A stretch of DNA of 35,814 bases from Oligoflexales bacterium. Lineage in GTDB: Bacteria > Bdellovibrionota_B > Oligoflexia > Oligoflexales > Bog-1112. The position numbers and the translations under genes were made by a program. How positions within the stretch are numbered: position 1 is the first letter of the stretch; every line of letters starts with the position of its first letter. The DNA lies in assembly GCA_045105515.1 (NCBI GenBank), contig JBGCDR010000433.1, positions 1 through 35,814 of the forward strand, read 5' to 3'. Below the pieces are notes generated by a model. The model was not told the origin of the DNA. It saw nothing but the letters and a program-made list of their open reading frames with translations, and made no database searches. Positions 8,220 through 18,295 of the stretch are shown piece by piece.

Positions 8220-9665
8220 ATGAAAGTTCTAATCCGTTTTTCAGGCGAAATTACGATAAAATCTACGCAAGTTAGAAAGCAGTTTCAGAGCCGACTGGTC
8301 AAAAATATCAAAGATGGCTTTAAAAGGTCGGGTATTGAGATTAAAGTAGGCCAAGAGTGGGGCAGAATATTTGTCGATTTTGAAAAGTCTGAAGGTCTTA
8401 CTGTACTCGATCGTATTTATGGTATTCAATCTTACTCGATTGTAGAACACGAGTGTAGAGCTGAAATCAAAGAAATAGTTGATAAGGGGCTCGAATATTA
8501 TGGAGATATGGTTGTCGGAAAAAGCTTCTGTGTTAAAGCTAGACGAAATGGAACCCATGAATTTTCTTCGATGGATATTCAAAAATCCCTTGGTGCAGCC
8601 TTAAATACTAAAGGTTTAAAGGTAAAATTACATAATCCAGAGGTATGTATCTTTGTGGAAATCAAAGATGAACGCTGTCTTTTTTTTACTGATATTATTA
8701 AGGGAGCTGCTGGACTTCCTCTGGGTACTGCTGGTCGTGCTGTCTGTCTACTATCAGGAGGCTTTGATTCGCCTGTAGCAGCTTGGATGCTGCAAAAGCG
8801 AGGTGTTACCTGTGAGTTCCTTCTTTGTAATTTGGCAGGCGAAGCTTATGAAAGATCGGTTTTAAAAACTGCAAAATTGATGGCTGATAGGTGGAATTTT
8901 GGATTTTATCCGAAATTTCATGTGGTAGATTTTACTGAAATTGTTAAGCAAATAAAAGAACGAGTAGCAGCTAGGTTTTCCCAAGTGATTTTAAAGCGGA
9001 TGTTTTATAAAACTGCTGAAATGTTAACAGAAAGTACTGGTGCCGAAGCAATCATAACCGGTGAAGCCATAGGTCAGGTTTCCTCACAAACTTTGACAAA
9101 TTTAAAAACAATTGAGGAAGCAATTCACACTCCTGTGATGCGACCTCTCGTTGGTTTTGATAAAGGCGATATCATTGAGTTGAGTAGACTAGTTGGGACT
9201 CATGATATTTCGGCTTCTATACAGGAATTTTGTCAGTTAGTCCCTGCTAAGCCAGCCACTGCCTGTAAAGTTGAAGTGGCTCGCTCCGAAGAAGCTAAGT
9301 TGGATCTTTCTGCTCTTGATTCGGCTTTCGCTAGTCGTAAGATTATTGACCTCATTGCATTGAGTAAAAATGATATGAGCACCCCATATATTTTTAAATC
9401 TGAAGTGCCGATAGATGCGGTTGTGGTCGACTGCAGAACTAAATCAGAGTTTGACCTTTGGCATTATAAAAATGCAATTCATAAAGAGTACTATGATTTA
9501 TTAAGTAATTATAAGTCTCTTGTAAAAAGTAAAGAATACGTTCTTTACTGTGCCGTTGGAATGCAAAGTGCACTGGTCGCAGAAAAAATGCAGGCAGATG
9601 GGTTTTTAGCATACTCTTTTCAAGGGGGTGCTAGATCTTTGGAGCAATACAGTTTAAATCAGTGA
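8220..9665 (+). CDS. thiI: tRNA 4-thiouridine synthase ThiI with C-terminal rhodanese domain
   Basis: IRFSGEITIKS, THUMP region, SGGFDS PP-loop, GEAIGQVSSQT, RPLVGFDK, EFC, and rhodanese LYCAVGMQS. Confidence 0.95.
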   Translation: MKVLIRFSGEITIKSTQVRKQFQSRLVKNIKDGFKRSGIEIKVGQEWGRIFVDFEKSEGLTVLDRIYGIQSYSIVEHECRAEIKEIVDKGLEYYGDMVVGKSFCVKARRNGTHEFSSMDIQKSLGAALNTKGLKVKLHNPEVCIFVEIKDERCLFFTDIIKGAAGLPLGTAGRAVCLLSGGFDSPVAAWMLQKRGVTCEFLLCNLAGEAYERSVLKTAKLMADRWNFGFYPKFHVVDFTEIVKQIKERVAARFSQVILKRMFYKTAEMLTESTGAEAIITGEAIGQVSSQTLTNLKTIEEAIHTPVMRPLVGFDKGDIIELSRLVGTHDISASIQEFCQLVPAKPATACKVEVARSEEAKLDLSALDSAFASRKIIDLIALSKNDMSTPYIFKSEVPIDAVVVDCRTKSEFDLWHYKNAIHKEYYDLLSNYKSLVKSKEYVLYCAVGMQSALVAEKMQADGFLAYSFQGGARSLEQYSLNQ

Positions 9666-9817
9666 AATTTTTCTAACTATTCCAAAAATACTACCATTTT
9701 CCAAATTTTTATGTCACATTAAGCCAATATAACCATTTCCTAATATTTGGAAACTCAGCAAGCTCGCATCCATCATGAGCTTAGTGCCTCGCATTTTTTG
9801 TATCGAAAGGGTGTGTA

Positions 9818-10561
9818 ATGAGTAGTGTGCAAAGCATAAGCATAACAAAAGAAGATAATTATGAGTTTCATCAAGAAAACCCTCTGGTCTGTGTCGTTGA
9901 TGAGGATTCAAATGTGGAATTGGGTTGGAGGAAGTCTTTAGGAAGAAAAGCGTCCTTGGTTTTTTTTGACAACCCCTTTTCATTGCTCGATTCTGCTTAT
10001 CAGCCGCTTCTTAGCAACGTTTCCTGTTTTATTCTAGGTCGCATTTATGGCAAGCATGATCTTGACATTGTTAAAACGACCATTCCTACTCAGCTAAGAC
10101 GAAAGGTAAGCGTTCCTATTTTTTTGAATTGGCAGGGCTACATTGCCAAAAATGACTTAGAACGCTTTTTCGATGGCAAAATTTTTCAACGTTATGGAGT
10201 TAAATGGTCGACTCTAAGACAGAGAATGCAGCGTGTCGGCAAGGTTCAGCTAGTTGATGATTCCCATGTTTGCGTGGTCAAAAAAAATGATCAACGCTTC
10301 TATTTAAGCAAGGAGCAACGATGCTTAGAGCTCCTAAAAATGATGGCTTGTAATGCTCAAGGAGCCCATAGAGACAAGATAGAATATTACGCAGCGACCG
10401 ATCAAAAAACAGGAATTCAGCTTCTAGAAGCAATTTATAACCGCCTTATTACGCTTCGAGATATTCCAAAATCCTGCCCTTCAAGGTATATTAACAGCTC
10501 CCCTGTAATAGCTGCCAGAATTTTAGAAGAGGCTTTGACCTATAGTCTCAAGGAAAACTAA
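9818..10561 (+). CDS. Hypothetical protein with probable N-terminal pseudo-receiver domain
   Basis: 247 aa ORF with AAGGGTG RBS. The VCVVDED...FFDNP...CFILG...VPIFL spacing fits a CheY-like fold. Confidence 0.7.
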   Translation: MSSVQSISITKEDNYEFHQENPLVCVVDEDSNVELGWRKSLGRKASLVFFDNPFSLLDSAYQPLLSNVSCFILGRIYGKHDLDIVKTTIPTQLRRKVSVPIFLNWQGYIAKNDLERFFDGKIFQRYGVKWSTLRQRMQRVGKVQLVDDSHVCVVKKNDQRFYLSKEQRCLELLKMMACNAQGAHRDKIEYYAATDQKTGIQLLEAIYNRLITLRDIPKSCPSRYINSSPVIAARILEEALTYSLKEN

Positions 10562-10674
10562 TTTAATAGTCCTCGCTCAGCCAAGATGAACCTTCCTGCT
10601 TTGTGGCTAAGTTTGTTTCTAATATAGTAGTATTGGTTGGTAGCCATTAAGACTAATTGGGCAAGGAGAGCGGT

Positions 10675-11553
10675 GTGTCTGAGTTTTTTCAGTGGAATAT
10701 GGATCAAGAAATTGTTCACTTTTTCGGTCCTTTTGGCTTGAGATGGTATAGTTTACTCTTCCTTGGAGGGATTCTTACGGGCTACCATTTTTTCGCCAAG
10801 ATGCTAACTGCAGAGGGAAAGCCCGTAGAGTTAAGAGAGACTCTGCTTTACTACGTTGTGCTAGGAACGGTAATAGGGGCCCGGTTAGGTCACTGTCTCT
10901 TCTACGATCCAGCCTACTATTTCAGCAATCCCATTAGAATTCTTAAGGTTTGGGAAGGTGGGCTTGCTAGCCACGGAGGCTTTACTGGTGTTATCATAGC
11001 TGTTTACCTATTTGCCCGTAGGTATAAAGAAGCATCATTTTTTTGGCTCGTTGATCGCCTAGCCATTTGGGGGATCTTGGTAGGAGCATTTATTAGAATT
11101 GGAAATTTTTTTAACTCGGAAATTATTGGAAGAGTCACCGATGTGCCATGGGCTGTTGTATTCTTGAAAGTTGATCAAATGCCTCGGCATCCTAGCCAGC
11201 TTTATGAAGCTCTAGGATATGGAAGTATCAGCTTGGGTTTATATTTTTTCTATCGATATTGCGATCGAAAACCACTTGAAGGAAGGCTACTAGGCATGGC
11301 ATTTTGCATTGCCTATGCCTTTAGGTTCCTGATTGAAAATCTTAAGGAGAATCAAGTCAGATACGAGGATCAAATGTTAATCAATATGGGACAGTTGCTG
11401 AGCATTCCATTTATTCTTATTGGACTTTTTTTGATTATTGGTATGCAAAAAAAGGTGTCAGCGCTAAGCTGGGCATTTTCCTCGATGACTAGTTCAGAGA
11501 GTGAGGCCAGTTTGCCAGCAAAAAAGAGAAAGAAGAAACGCAAAACTAGCTAG
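10675..11553 (+). CDS. lgt: Prolipoprotein diacylglyceryl transferase
   Basis: LRWYS, GARLGH, WEGGLASHGG, RIGNFFNSEIIG, RHPSQLYE. GTG 10675 follows AAGGAG. Confidence 0.96.
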   Translation: MSEFFQWNMDQEIVHFFGPFGLRWYSLLFLGGILTGYHFFAKMLTAEGKPVELRETLLYYVVLGTVIGARLGHCLFYDPAYYFSNPIRILKVWEGGLASHGGFTGVIIAVYLFARRYKEASFFWLVDRLAIWGILVGAFIRIGNFFNSEIIGRVTDVPWAVVFLKVDQMPRHPSQLYEALGYGSISLGLYFFYRYCDRKPLEGRLLGMAFCIAYAFRFLIENLKENQVRYEDQMLINMGQLLSIPFILIGLFLIIGMQKKVSALSWAFSSMTSSESEASLPAKKRKKKRKTS

Positions 11554-12484
11554 CTTTTTTCTGGTTTACTTGGATAATTTGCTCCAACCATTGCAACAGT
11601 GCGGTCAAGACTTCGGACTTGTTGCTTTCATTAAAAATTTCATGCCGCGCTCCTTCAAATATCTTACAGTCTACTGATTTCACCCCTGCTTCTTGTAAGC
11701 TTTGTTGAAGTTTTGCTAGACCTCGACTTTTACTGACTGGGTCTTTTGAACCTCCCATGATGAGAATAGGTAAAGTTTTGGGAATTAGTTTTTGATTTTC
11801 TTTATTAAATATTTGCGACAGGCCCCCTAATAGATCGAGCCACAACTGATTTGTGCATAAAAATCCGCATTGAGGATCGCTCAAGTATTTATCTACTTCT
11901 TCAGGATCCCTAGACAGCCAATCACAAGTTGTTCTCACCGGTTTGAATTCTTTATTAAAAGATCCAAATGATATAGAATCCAGAAAGGTGCTTTTTCCTC
12001 TTGGGCCAATTCTTTGAGACTCTAGCCAGGGAAGCAAACGCGCAGCTTGCATAAAAGATGGTGAGTCATAGTTTGAGCCAGATAAAACAACACCTCTTAA
12101 GTTTCGACCATGTCTAATCATATATTGTTGTGTCATAAATGAGCCCATACTGTGCCCAATCATAATTACTGGAATATTTGGGTGTCTGGTTTGAATGGTT
12201 TCTCGGACTTGAAATAGATCTTGTATGATAAGATTCCATCCATCTTTATCTGCATAGTGCCCTTTATCTTGGAGGCTTGCTGTTTTTCCATGGCCCCTAT
12301 GATCATTGGCAAATACAGCATATCCGTGAGCAAGTAAGAATTTTGCTACATGATCATAGCGGAGACTATGCTCGGACATTCCATGAACAATTTGAACAAT
12401 CGCTTTTGGACATTCTTGAGGAGTCCAGATGTGAGTTGTAAGGGGAACGTTGTCAGATGCTGTTACTTGCAGGGTCTCTAGCAT
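11546..12484 (-). CDS. Alpha/beta hydrolase, lysophospholipase/monoacylglycerol lipase family
   Basis: VHGMSEH, DHRGHG, GHSMG nucleophile elbow, GSKDPV, GARHEIFNE. Confidence 0.92.
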   Translation of the reverse strand: MLETLQVTASDNVPLTTHIWTPQECPKAIVQIVHGMSEHSLRYDHVAKFLLAHGYAVFANDHRGHGKTASLQDKGHYADKDGWNLIIQDLFQVRETIQTRHPNIPVIMIGHSMGSFMTQQYMIRHGRNLRGVVLSGSNYDSPSFMQAARLLPWLESQRIGPRGKSTFLDSISFGSFNKEFKPVRTTCDWLSRDPEEVDKYLSDPQCGFLCTNQLWLDLLGGLSQIFNKENQKLIPKTLPILIMGGSKDPVSKSRGLAKLQQSLQEAGVKSVDCKIFEGARHEIFNESNKSEVLTALLQWLEQIIQVNQKKAS

Positions 12485-12658
12485 ATTAAGGTTCCTTTAT
12501 TGTATATTTGAGGGGTGCTTATGATTGCTTAATAACATAATGGGATGTCTTCTTGCATTATCATTATAGGTTGCTGAGTGCCAATCCGTATAGCTTTCCA
12601 ATGGAACTAAAATTGGTACAATGAAATAAAAGTTTTTTAGCAACTAAGGAGTTGTACC

Positions 12659-12961
12659 ATGCCAAGAGCACCTCGGTATCTGTTCCAAATAATCTTTTTA
12701 TGTCTGAATTTGCTTTGGTCATGTTCGGGAAAAACACCATATCCAGTGCTTATCACTCGCAACCAAGCATCCTATGATTTTGACTGTCAAGTAGAAGAAA
12801 TAAAGGTCCGGCCCATAGGTAAGCATAGGTACGTTGCAGAAGGTTGCTATAAGAGAGAAATTTACGTATGTGATGCGGGCTTGTTAACGCTTGAATCTTC
12901 GATCGAATGCAAACAGCAACTTAGTCCCCTTCCTACGGTTGAAAATAATAGCGAAGAATAG
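12659..12961 (+). CDS. Small cysteine-rich lipoprotein
   Basis: AAGGAG RBS, basic n-region, hydrophobic h-region, lipobox LWSC. Mature part ASYDFDC...YVAEGCYKREIYVC. Confidence 0.75.
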   Translation: MPRAPRYLFQIIFLCLNLLWSCSGKTPYPVLITRNQASYDFDCQVEEIKVRPIGKHRYVAEGCYKREIYVCDAGLLTLESSIECKQQLSPLPTVENNSEE

Positions 12962-13296
12962 CGGTACTCGTTTTTGAGATCGTAGAGCTTTGCTAATCCC
13001 TCCAGCGATAGTCTGCTGAATAGAATCGGAAAAAACCGAAATCTTCGGAGTTCCCACTACCTTAAAATGTTCATGTTAAAAGCAATCATAAAATATTCTT
13101 GAGTTTTGTAATAAAAAAGTCTTATATTGAAATATCTTACAGATTTGGTTTGACATTTGATAACTTAAGCATAATAACATTCTGTCCTGCTTGGATAGCT
13201 TTGTCCAAGAGATTATTGTAGGGATTTTACTAAGCGAGGAAAACTCGCAAGTACTTTGTTTTATTGGTTTTAATGTTAATCTATCTTGCGGGAAAC

Positions 13297-13710
13297 ATGA
13301 AACATTTAACAAAAGATCAAGCGAAGAAAATTGCTGAGTTGACGTCACAGATTTTTCAGCAAGGGGCTTCTTGGGTTTTCCAAGAAATGGACTTAGATAC
13401 TGGTGTACATAAGCTTACACGAGGTCTGACAGAAAAAGCCGCAAAGCAGAAGTTGAAATCGTGGAGACGAGAAAAAATTGAACAATTATTGAGATCAACC
13501 CCCGAAGCAACAGCCTTCACGCTTAGGACTTGGTATACAAGCCCAGCGTGGAATGGTGAAGGTGTTTGGCATTGGGCGCAAACCAGCTGGTACACTACTC
13601 GTGAAGACGCTGAACAGGCTCGTGAAAAGATAAATCAAAAAGGTAAATTTATGTGTGAGGTTTTCGAAACTGTTACTGAAAAAGTACCCGGCCACTTCAG
13701 CGTAGCATAA
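13297..13710 (+). CDS. Hypothetical Trp-rich protein, about 137 aa
   Basis: ATG 13297 follows GCGGGA, protein-like composition, no family recognised. Confidence 0.7.
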   Translation: MKHLTKDQAKKIAELTSQIFQQGASWVFQEMDLDTGVHKLTRGLTEKAAKQKLKSWRREKIEQLLRSTPEATAFTLRTWYTSPAWNGEGVWHWAQTSWYTTREDAEQAREKINQKGKFMCEVFETVTEKVPGHFSVA

Positions 13711-13765
13711 CTTTTTATGAAAACAAATAACCTTAGATCTGTATTTAGAACTTGTTAATAAGCCT

Positions 13766-15151
13766 TCAAAATAAAAAATGACATACTAAGATTATGGCAA
13801 GGACCGCAACTAGATTTAGAACCAAACCCTCTCGGAGCATACTTTTGATGGGGACTTTCTGGCTTCCGAATATTATTGTATTGGGAGCGGTGGCAACTGG
13901 TAGCATGAAAGCACAACTGGCTGCCATTGCAGCAGGAACCATTAAAATAGCTGGATCTAAATTTGCTGAAGTCGCAGTTGCAGCAAGGATTGGCATTAAA
14001 AGGTTTGTGGTAGCAGTGTTGCTGGTTAGTTCGGTTAAAAAGCTTATTGCTAGAGTCAAAATAGCAACGATAGATAAGGTTGGGTATCCGCGAAATTGCA
14101 CGATAAAGCTACTAATTTCATCACTCAGTCCACTGCTTACAAAAGCCTTTGCAATTGCAATGCCACCGCCAAAAAGTAGAACAACATGCCATGGAATCTT
14201 GTTGGCAGTCTCCCAGTCAAGTAAGCTACTTCCTTGCCCATCGGGAATTATAAATAGTGCTAAAACTGAAGCCATAGCAACACTGGTATCATTGGCAAAG
14301 CTTATGCTAAGCAGCTCTTTCCAGCCTCCAAATGGTTCGGTGCGTGTTATCCAGGCTAAAGCGGTTAGTATAAATATTCCGAGGATGCGTTTTTCTTTGG
14401 CACTCCAGGCGCTATTACTAGGTAGCCTAAAACTTTGTTTGGTTTTAAGATTGCGAGTTAGCCAAACAAACATTATGGGCAGCACAACGATAATCACAGG
14501 TATTGACCATTTTGCCCACTGCGAGAAGCTAATTATTCTCCCTGTATTTTCTGTATAAACACTCATTAAAATAAGGTTCGGAGGAGTTCCAATGGGTGTT
14601 CCAATTCCTCCTAAACTTGACGCATAAGCTATTCCTAGCAGCAAAGGGGTCGACAAGTGCTCACCTTTGCTTTGATCTATGATAGCTAGGGCAACTGGTA
14701 GTAGCATTAGGGTAGTCGCTGTATTTGAAATCCACATACTTAATATGGCTGATGTGATCATAAACCCTCCGACTAAGCCACGGTCGCTACCCTGTCCAAA
14801 AATATTTATCATGTATAAAGCTAGCCTTTTATGGGTGTTGCTTTGCTCCAAAGCCTTAGAAAGCATAAAGCCTCCCATTAGTAAGAGTATCAGCGGATGA
14901 CCATAAGCTGAGGCAAGTTCTTCTACATTTAAAACTCCTAGTAATGGAAATAGGGCTAAGGGAATCAAGGATGTTGCAGCAATTGGTATAGGTTCTAGAA
15001 CCCACCAAAAGGCACATATCACTGTAACAAAAAGAGTTTTACAGCTTGTCGGATTAATTCCCAAATAGCTTGAAATATAGGAAATTAGTAGGGCTAGTAT
15101 AATAGGTGTAGCAAGCTTTCTACTATAGCTAACGAGCATACATGACTCCAC
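13766..15151 (-). CDS. SLC13/DASS-family sodium:dicarboxylate/sulfate symporter
   Basis: Many TMs, WISNTAT, GTPIGTPPN, TELTSNTAT, FMLPVATAPN (two SNT motifs). Confidence 0.93.
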   Translation of the reverse strand: MESCMLVSYSRKLATPIILALLISYISSYLGINPTSCKTLFVTVICAFWWVLEPIPIAATSLIPLALFPLLGVLNVEELASAYGHPLILLLMGGFMLSKALEQSNTHKRLALYMINIFGQGSDRGLVGGFMITSAILSMWISNTATTLMLLPVALAIIDQSKGEHLSTPLLLGIAYASSLGGIGTPIGTPPNLILMSVYTENTGRIISFSQWAKWSIPVIIVVLPIMFVWLTRNLKTKQSFRLPSNSAWSAKEKRILGIFILTALAWITRTEPFGGWKELLSISFANDTSVAMASVLALFIIPDGQGSSLLDWETANKIPWHVVLLFGGGIAIAKAFVSSGLSDEISSFIVQFRGYPTLSIVAILTLAISFLTELTSNTATTNLLMPILAATATSANLDPAILMVPAAMAASCAFMLPVATAPNTIIFGSQKVPIKSMLREGLVLNLVAVLAIILVCHFLF

Positions 15152-15293
15152 AAGATAATGTTTCGAAAAAGTTCAGTTTAGGTGCATCTTTCGATTCCAT
15201 CCATTATTTTTTAGGGGCAATAAGAATATAAGGTGGTCTTGTGTAGCTTACATGGCAAGTAAAGTTGTATGGGCTAATGAAATAGTATCCTAA

Positions 15294-15779
15294 TCATTGT
15301 ATTGTCGAGAGAAAATTCCGACTTTCTAGTATTAGCATAAGTTTACCGTCTAGTTTACAGACTGCCGAATATAGATGGGGAGTGTGCAATGTTACTTCGC
15401 TTTGATTAGCTACTGGATGATATTCCTCTATACTATGGCTTTCAACAGTTTCTACTCCATTAATGTTGTCAACTAAAACACCAAAATGATCACCGACATG
15501 CTGCTTAAAAATTATCACATTGTGCTCATCTTTTGATTGGAGGGGTGGATAACCAAGAATTACTCTCAAATCTAAGACTAAATGAATCTGTCCCCTAATA
15601 TTCATGTAACCGCGTACTGAGTCTGAAGAGTGATATATAGGGGTAATGTGTGCATCTTGACAAACTTCTCGTAAATCTAGGAGATTTACGGCAAAATGCC
15701 TTTCTGCAATATTGAAGCTGCAGAAATGGAAGGTAGTAGAATTTTGTTTGCTTTCAGGTTTTTCCAAATTCTGCTCCAA
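15294..15779 (-). CDS. cheW: Chemotaxis coupling protein CheW
   Basis: FCSFNIAERHFAV, VRGYMNIRGQIHLVLDL, GVLVDNI. TTG start 4 nt after the cheA stop. Confidence 0.93.
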   Translation of the reverse strand: MEQNLEKPESKQNSTTFHFCSFNIAERHFAVNLLDLREVCQDAHITPIYHSSDSVRGYMNIRGQIHLVLDLRVILGYPPLQSKDEHNVIIFKQHVGDHFGVLVDNINGVETVESHSIEEYHPVANQSEVTLHTPHLYSAVCKLDGKLMLILESRNFLSTIQ

Positions 15780-15783
15780 TCTT

Positions 15784-18108
15784 CTAAGATGCAGGATGTA
15801 AATTTTTTGCTGTAGATAGCTTTTTTTGGCACTTTTTTAGTAAGAATGTTAGATCTATATGTAAAGTTATTTTTCCATTGATAACGAAAGAGTTTTTAAT
15901 TCCATTTTTAGTGTCAAAATTTTTATAGTTTTTTGGATGATAGTTTCCTATATCAGCAAGGCTCGTTGCATATATTCCTACAGCTAGCTTAGATCCTTTT
16001 GGAATGATTAGATATGCTTCCTTATGCTTTTCAGGCTTGGTTATTTCCAGATAGTCATTTAAATATACGACAAGTGTTGGGTCTTCATGAAGTGTTACAA
16101 AATCATAGCTTGAAACTGCTTGAATTTCCGAATTTTTAATCTTAACTACTCTTTTTATATCTTTTTGCTCGATCGAAAATTGTTCATTGAGGTTATGACT
16201 AAATAGTAGTAGTGGCTTCCCTTCTCCAGAATCGTCATTGGAGTATTGTTTTTGATAACTTAGCTTTACGTTTCTATAGTGGATAGAATCAAATATTCCA
16301 GTAAATTCTCCAATACCGAAAGCATCTAAAATTAAGGAAACCTGACCATCTCCACGAACTGTTGCACCAGAATAAATGTGAATATTTTTAATTGCAGAAT
16401 GCATTGGAGAAATAACAGCTTCTTCTGTGCCAATGATCTGATCCACAACCAAACCAAATCGTTTGCTTCCGGCTTTAAGGACTACAAAGAAAAACATTTC
16501 TCTTTTCTCTCTGGTATAGACCCTTTGTTTATTTTCCTCAGAAGCTTGATTTTTTTTCATTAATTTGAAGAATATTTCCTCGGTAAAAGGTTTTTTTTGT
16601 TGCAAGACTTCACCAAGTCTAATCAATGGGAGTAATCCGCCTCTTAGCCGAAAAACCTCTCGGTTTCCAACATAGTCAATCTTATTTGCTGCATCACCTA
16701 CACTTAATCCAATTACTTCCTCTAAATTAATTTGAGGTATTGAAAATATTTGGTCTCTGCAAGTCACAACTAAGCAAGGTATTATTGCTAAAGTGAGGGG
16801 AAGGCGCAGTAAGATTACAGTTCCTTCCCCCTCGGTACTTCTGATGTCGATGGCTCCGCCAAGCTTTTGAATGTTCATTCTTACAATATCCATCCCAAAC
16901 CCACGTCCAGAAATGTCGGACACAACTTCTAAGGTTGAAAAACCTGGGTGGAAAACGAGATGCAAAATATCTTTTTTATTCATTTTTGATAGTTCTTCTG
17001 AATTTTTAATACCCTTTTTAGATGCTTTTTCAATGATTTCTTCTACCGCAATTCCCTTGCCATCATCTTTAATTTCAATATTTACTAGACCTCCCTCATG
17101 AAACGCGTGAATGACAATTTGACCGGTAGCTTCCTTATTTTCTGCTAATCTTGTTTTTGGAGATTCAATTCCATGGTCGCAACAATTGCGAATGATATGC
17201 ATCAGAGGGTCTGCTAGGCTTTCCAAGATTGTTTTGTCCAGCTCGACTTCATTACCTTCGGTAGTGAGTGAAATTTGCTTATCTAACTGTAGGCTAAGAT
17301 CTCTTACCATTCTTTTATACTTTATAAATATTGTTCCAATTGGCTGTAGTCGGGTTGCCATTATTTTGCTTTGAATATCTGTTGTAATGGAATCCAATCG
17401 TTGTGTTGATGTGCGGACTTTATCATTTGTACGATCTAATATTTTCAGTTGCTGGTTCCTTACTAGTACAAGTTCACTTGCAAGTCGCATTAGCTGATCT
17501 AAAATTTCTACTCGAATTCTAACAGTTTTGGCAATACTACTATCATTAGTCTGCAGTTCGTTATTATTTTTAGGATCGTTCACGTCAGTAGTGGGTTTTT
17601 TTATGGATTTTTTCTTGCCTTGTTTTGGGTTTGAATCTACATCATTTAGCCATTCAATTGGTGATAATTCTTCTGCGGCTTCAAGGTCATCTTTTTGCTC
17701 TTCAGACACTTCGCTGTTTATGGACTTTAATGAGCTTATCAGTATATTAAAATTTTTAGAATCCCCTTTCCCTTTCCCTTTTCTTACCGTCTTTAATATG
17801 AGGTCATTTGAATTCAGCAATAAATTGACTTTTTCATGATCGATTTCTATCATTGATTCTTTAAAATAGTGAAGGGTTGTTTCCATTTCATGAGTGAGTT
17901 CGGCAATATTTCTTAGGTCTGCTGCAAGTGCACTTCCTTTTAAGGAATGAACCACTCTGAAAATATGATCAACAATTGAATAGTCACCAAGATTTTTCTC
18001 AAAATCAAGGAGCATCTTTTCTAAATTTTCGCAGTGTTCGCGCGCTTCAATATTGAAGACATCTCTAACTTCACGAGCGAATTTTTCGTCTATGTCTTCC
18101 TTAGTCAA
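15784..18108 (-). CDS. cheA: Chemotaxis histidine kinase CheA (Hpt, dimerisation, HATPase, two CheW-like domains)
   Basis: IFRVVHSLKG Hpt, TVRIRVEILDQLM, HIIRNCCDHGIE, DDGKG, SGRGFGMD, LPLTLAI, and a second CheW-like segment beginning PLLLF. GAGGTG RBS. Confidence 0.95.
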   Translation of the reverse strand: MTKEDIDEKFAREVRDVFNIEAREHCENLEKMLLDFEKNLGDYSIVDHIFRVVHSLKGSALAADLRNIAELTHEMETTLHYFKESMIEIDHEKVNLLLNSNDLILKTVRKGKGKGDSKNFNILISSLKSINSEVSEEQKDDLEAAEELSPIEWLNDVDSNPKQGKKKSIKKPTTDVNDPKNNNELQTNDSSIAKTVRIRVEILDQLMRLASELVLVRNQQLKILDRTNDKVRTSTQRLDSITTDIQSKIMATRLQPIGTIFIKYKRMVRDLSLQLDKQISLTTEGNEVELDKTILESLADPLMHIIRNCCDHGIESPKTRLAENKEATGQIVIHAFHEGGLVNIEIKDDGKGIAVEEIIEKASKKGIKNSEELSKMNKKDILHLVFHPGFSTLEVVSDISGRGFGMDIVRMNIQKLGGAIDIRSTEGEGTVILLRLPLTLAIIPCLVVTCRDQIFSIPQINLEEVIGLSVGDAANKIDYVGNREVFRLRGGLLPLIRLGEVLQQKKPFTEEIFFKLMKKNQASEENKQRVYTREKREMFFFVVLKAGSKRFGLVVDQIIGTEEAVISPMHSAIKNIHIYSGATVRGDGQVSLILDAFGIGEFTGIFDSIHYRNVKLSYQKQYSNDDSGEGKPLLLFSHNLNEQFSIEQKDIKRVVKIKNSEIQAVSSYDFVTLHEDPTLVVYLNDYLEITKPEKHKEAYLIIPKGSKLAVGIYATSLADIGNYHPKNYKNFDTKNGIKNSFVINGKITLHIDLTFLLKKCQKKLSTAKNLHPAS

Positions 18109-18174
18109 ATTTCTCTCTCACCTCAATAGCTTTAAGGTAAAATGGTGTAAATTTTTTTATCTCTACAACTTCAA

Positions 18175-18201
18175 GCATCGGTACTATCTCGTTTGTCTTG
18201 A
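18175..18201 (-). promoter_or_regulatory. Putative sigma28 (FliA) promoter for cheA-cheW
   Basis: Minus strand TCAA-N15-ACCGATGC, ending 66 nt upstream of the cheA start. Confidence 0.5.
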
Positions 18202-18295
18202 AATTTAGAGTTCAGGTTACCAAGGTAACAGATAATAAGCATTTGATATCGTTTACTATTTTTAGATTATTTTAGATTTTTCTGTTTTCTTTACT

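Noticed and set aside
13794..14558. 254-aa plus-strand ORF antisense to the SLC13 gene
   Set aside because: It is a typical shadow ORF of a hydrophobic membrane-protein gene, with no motifs or RBS.
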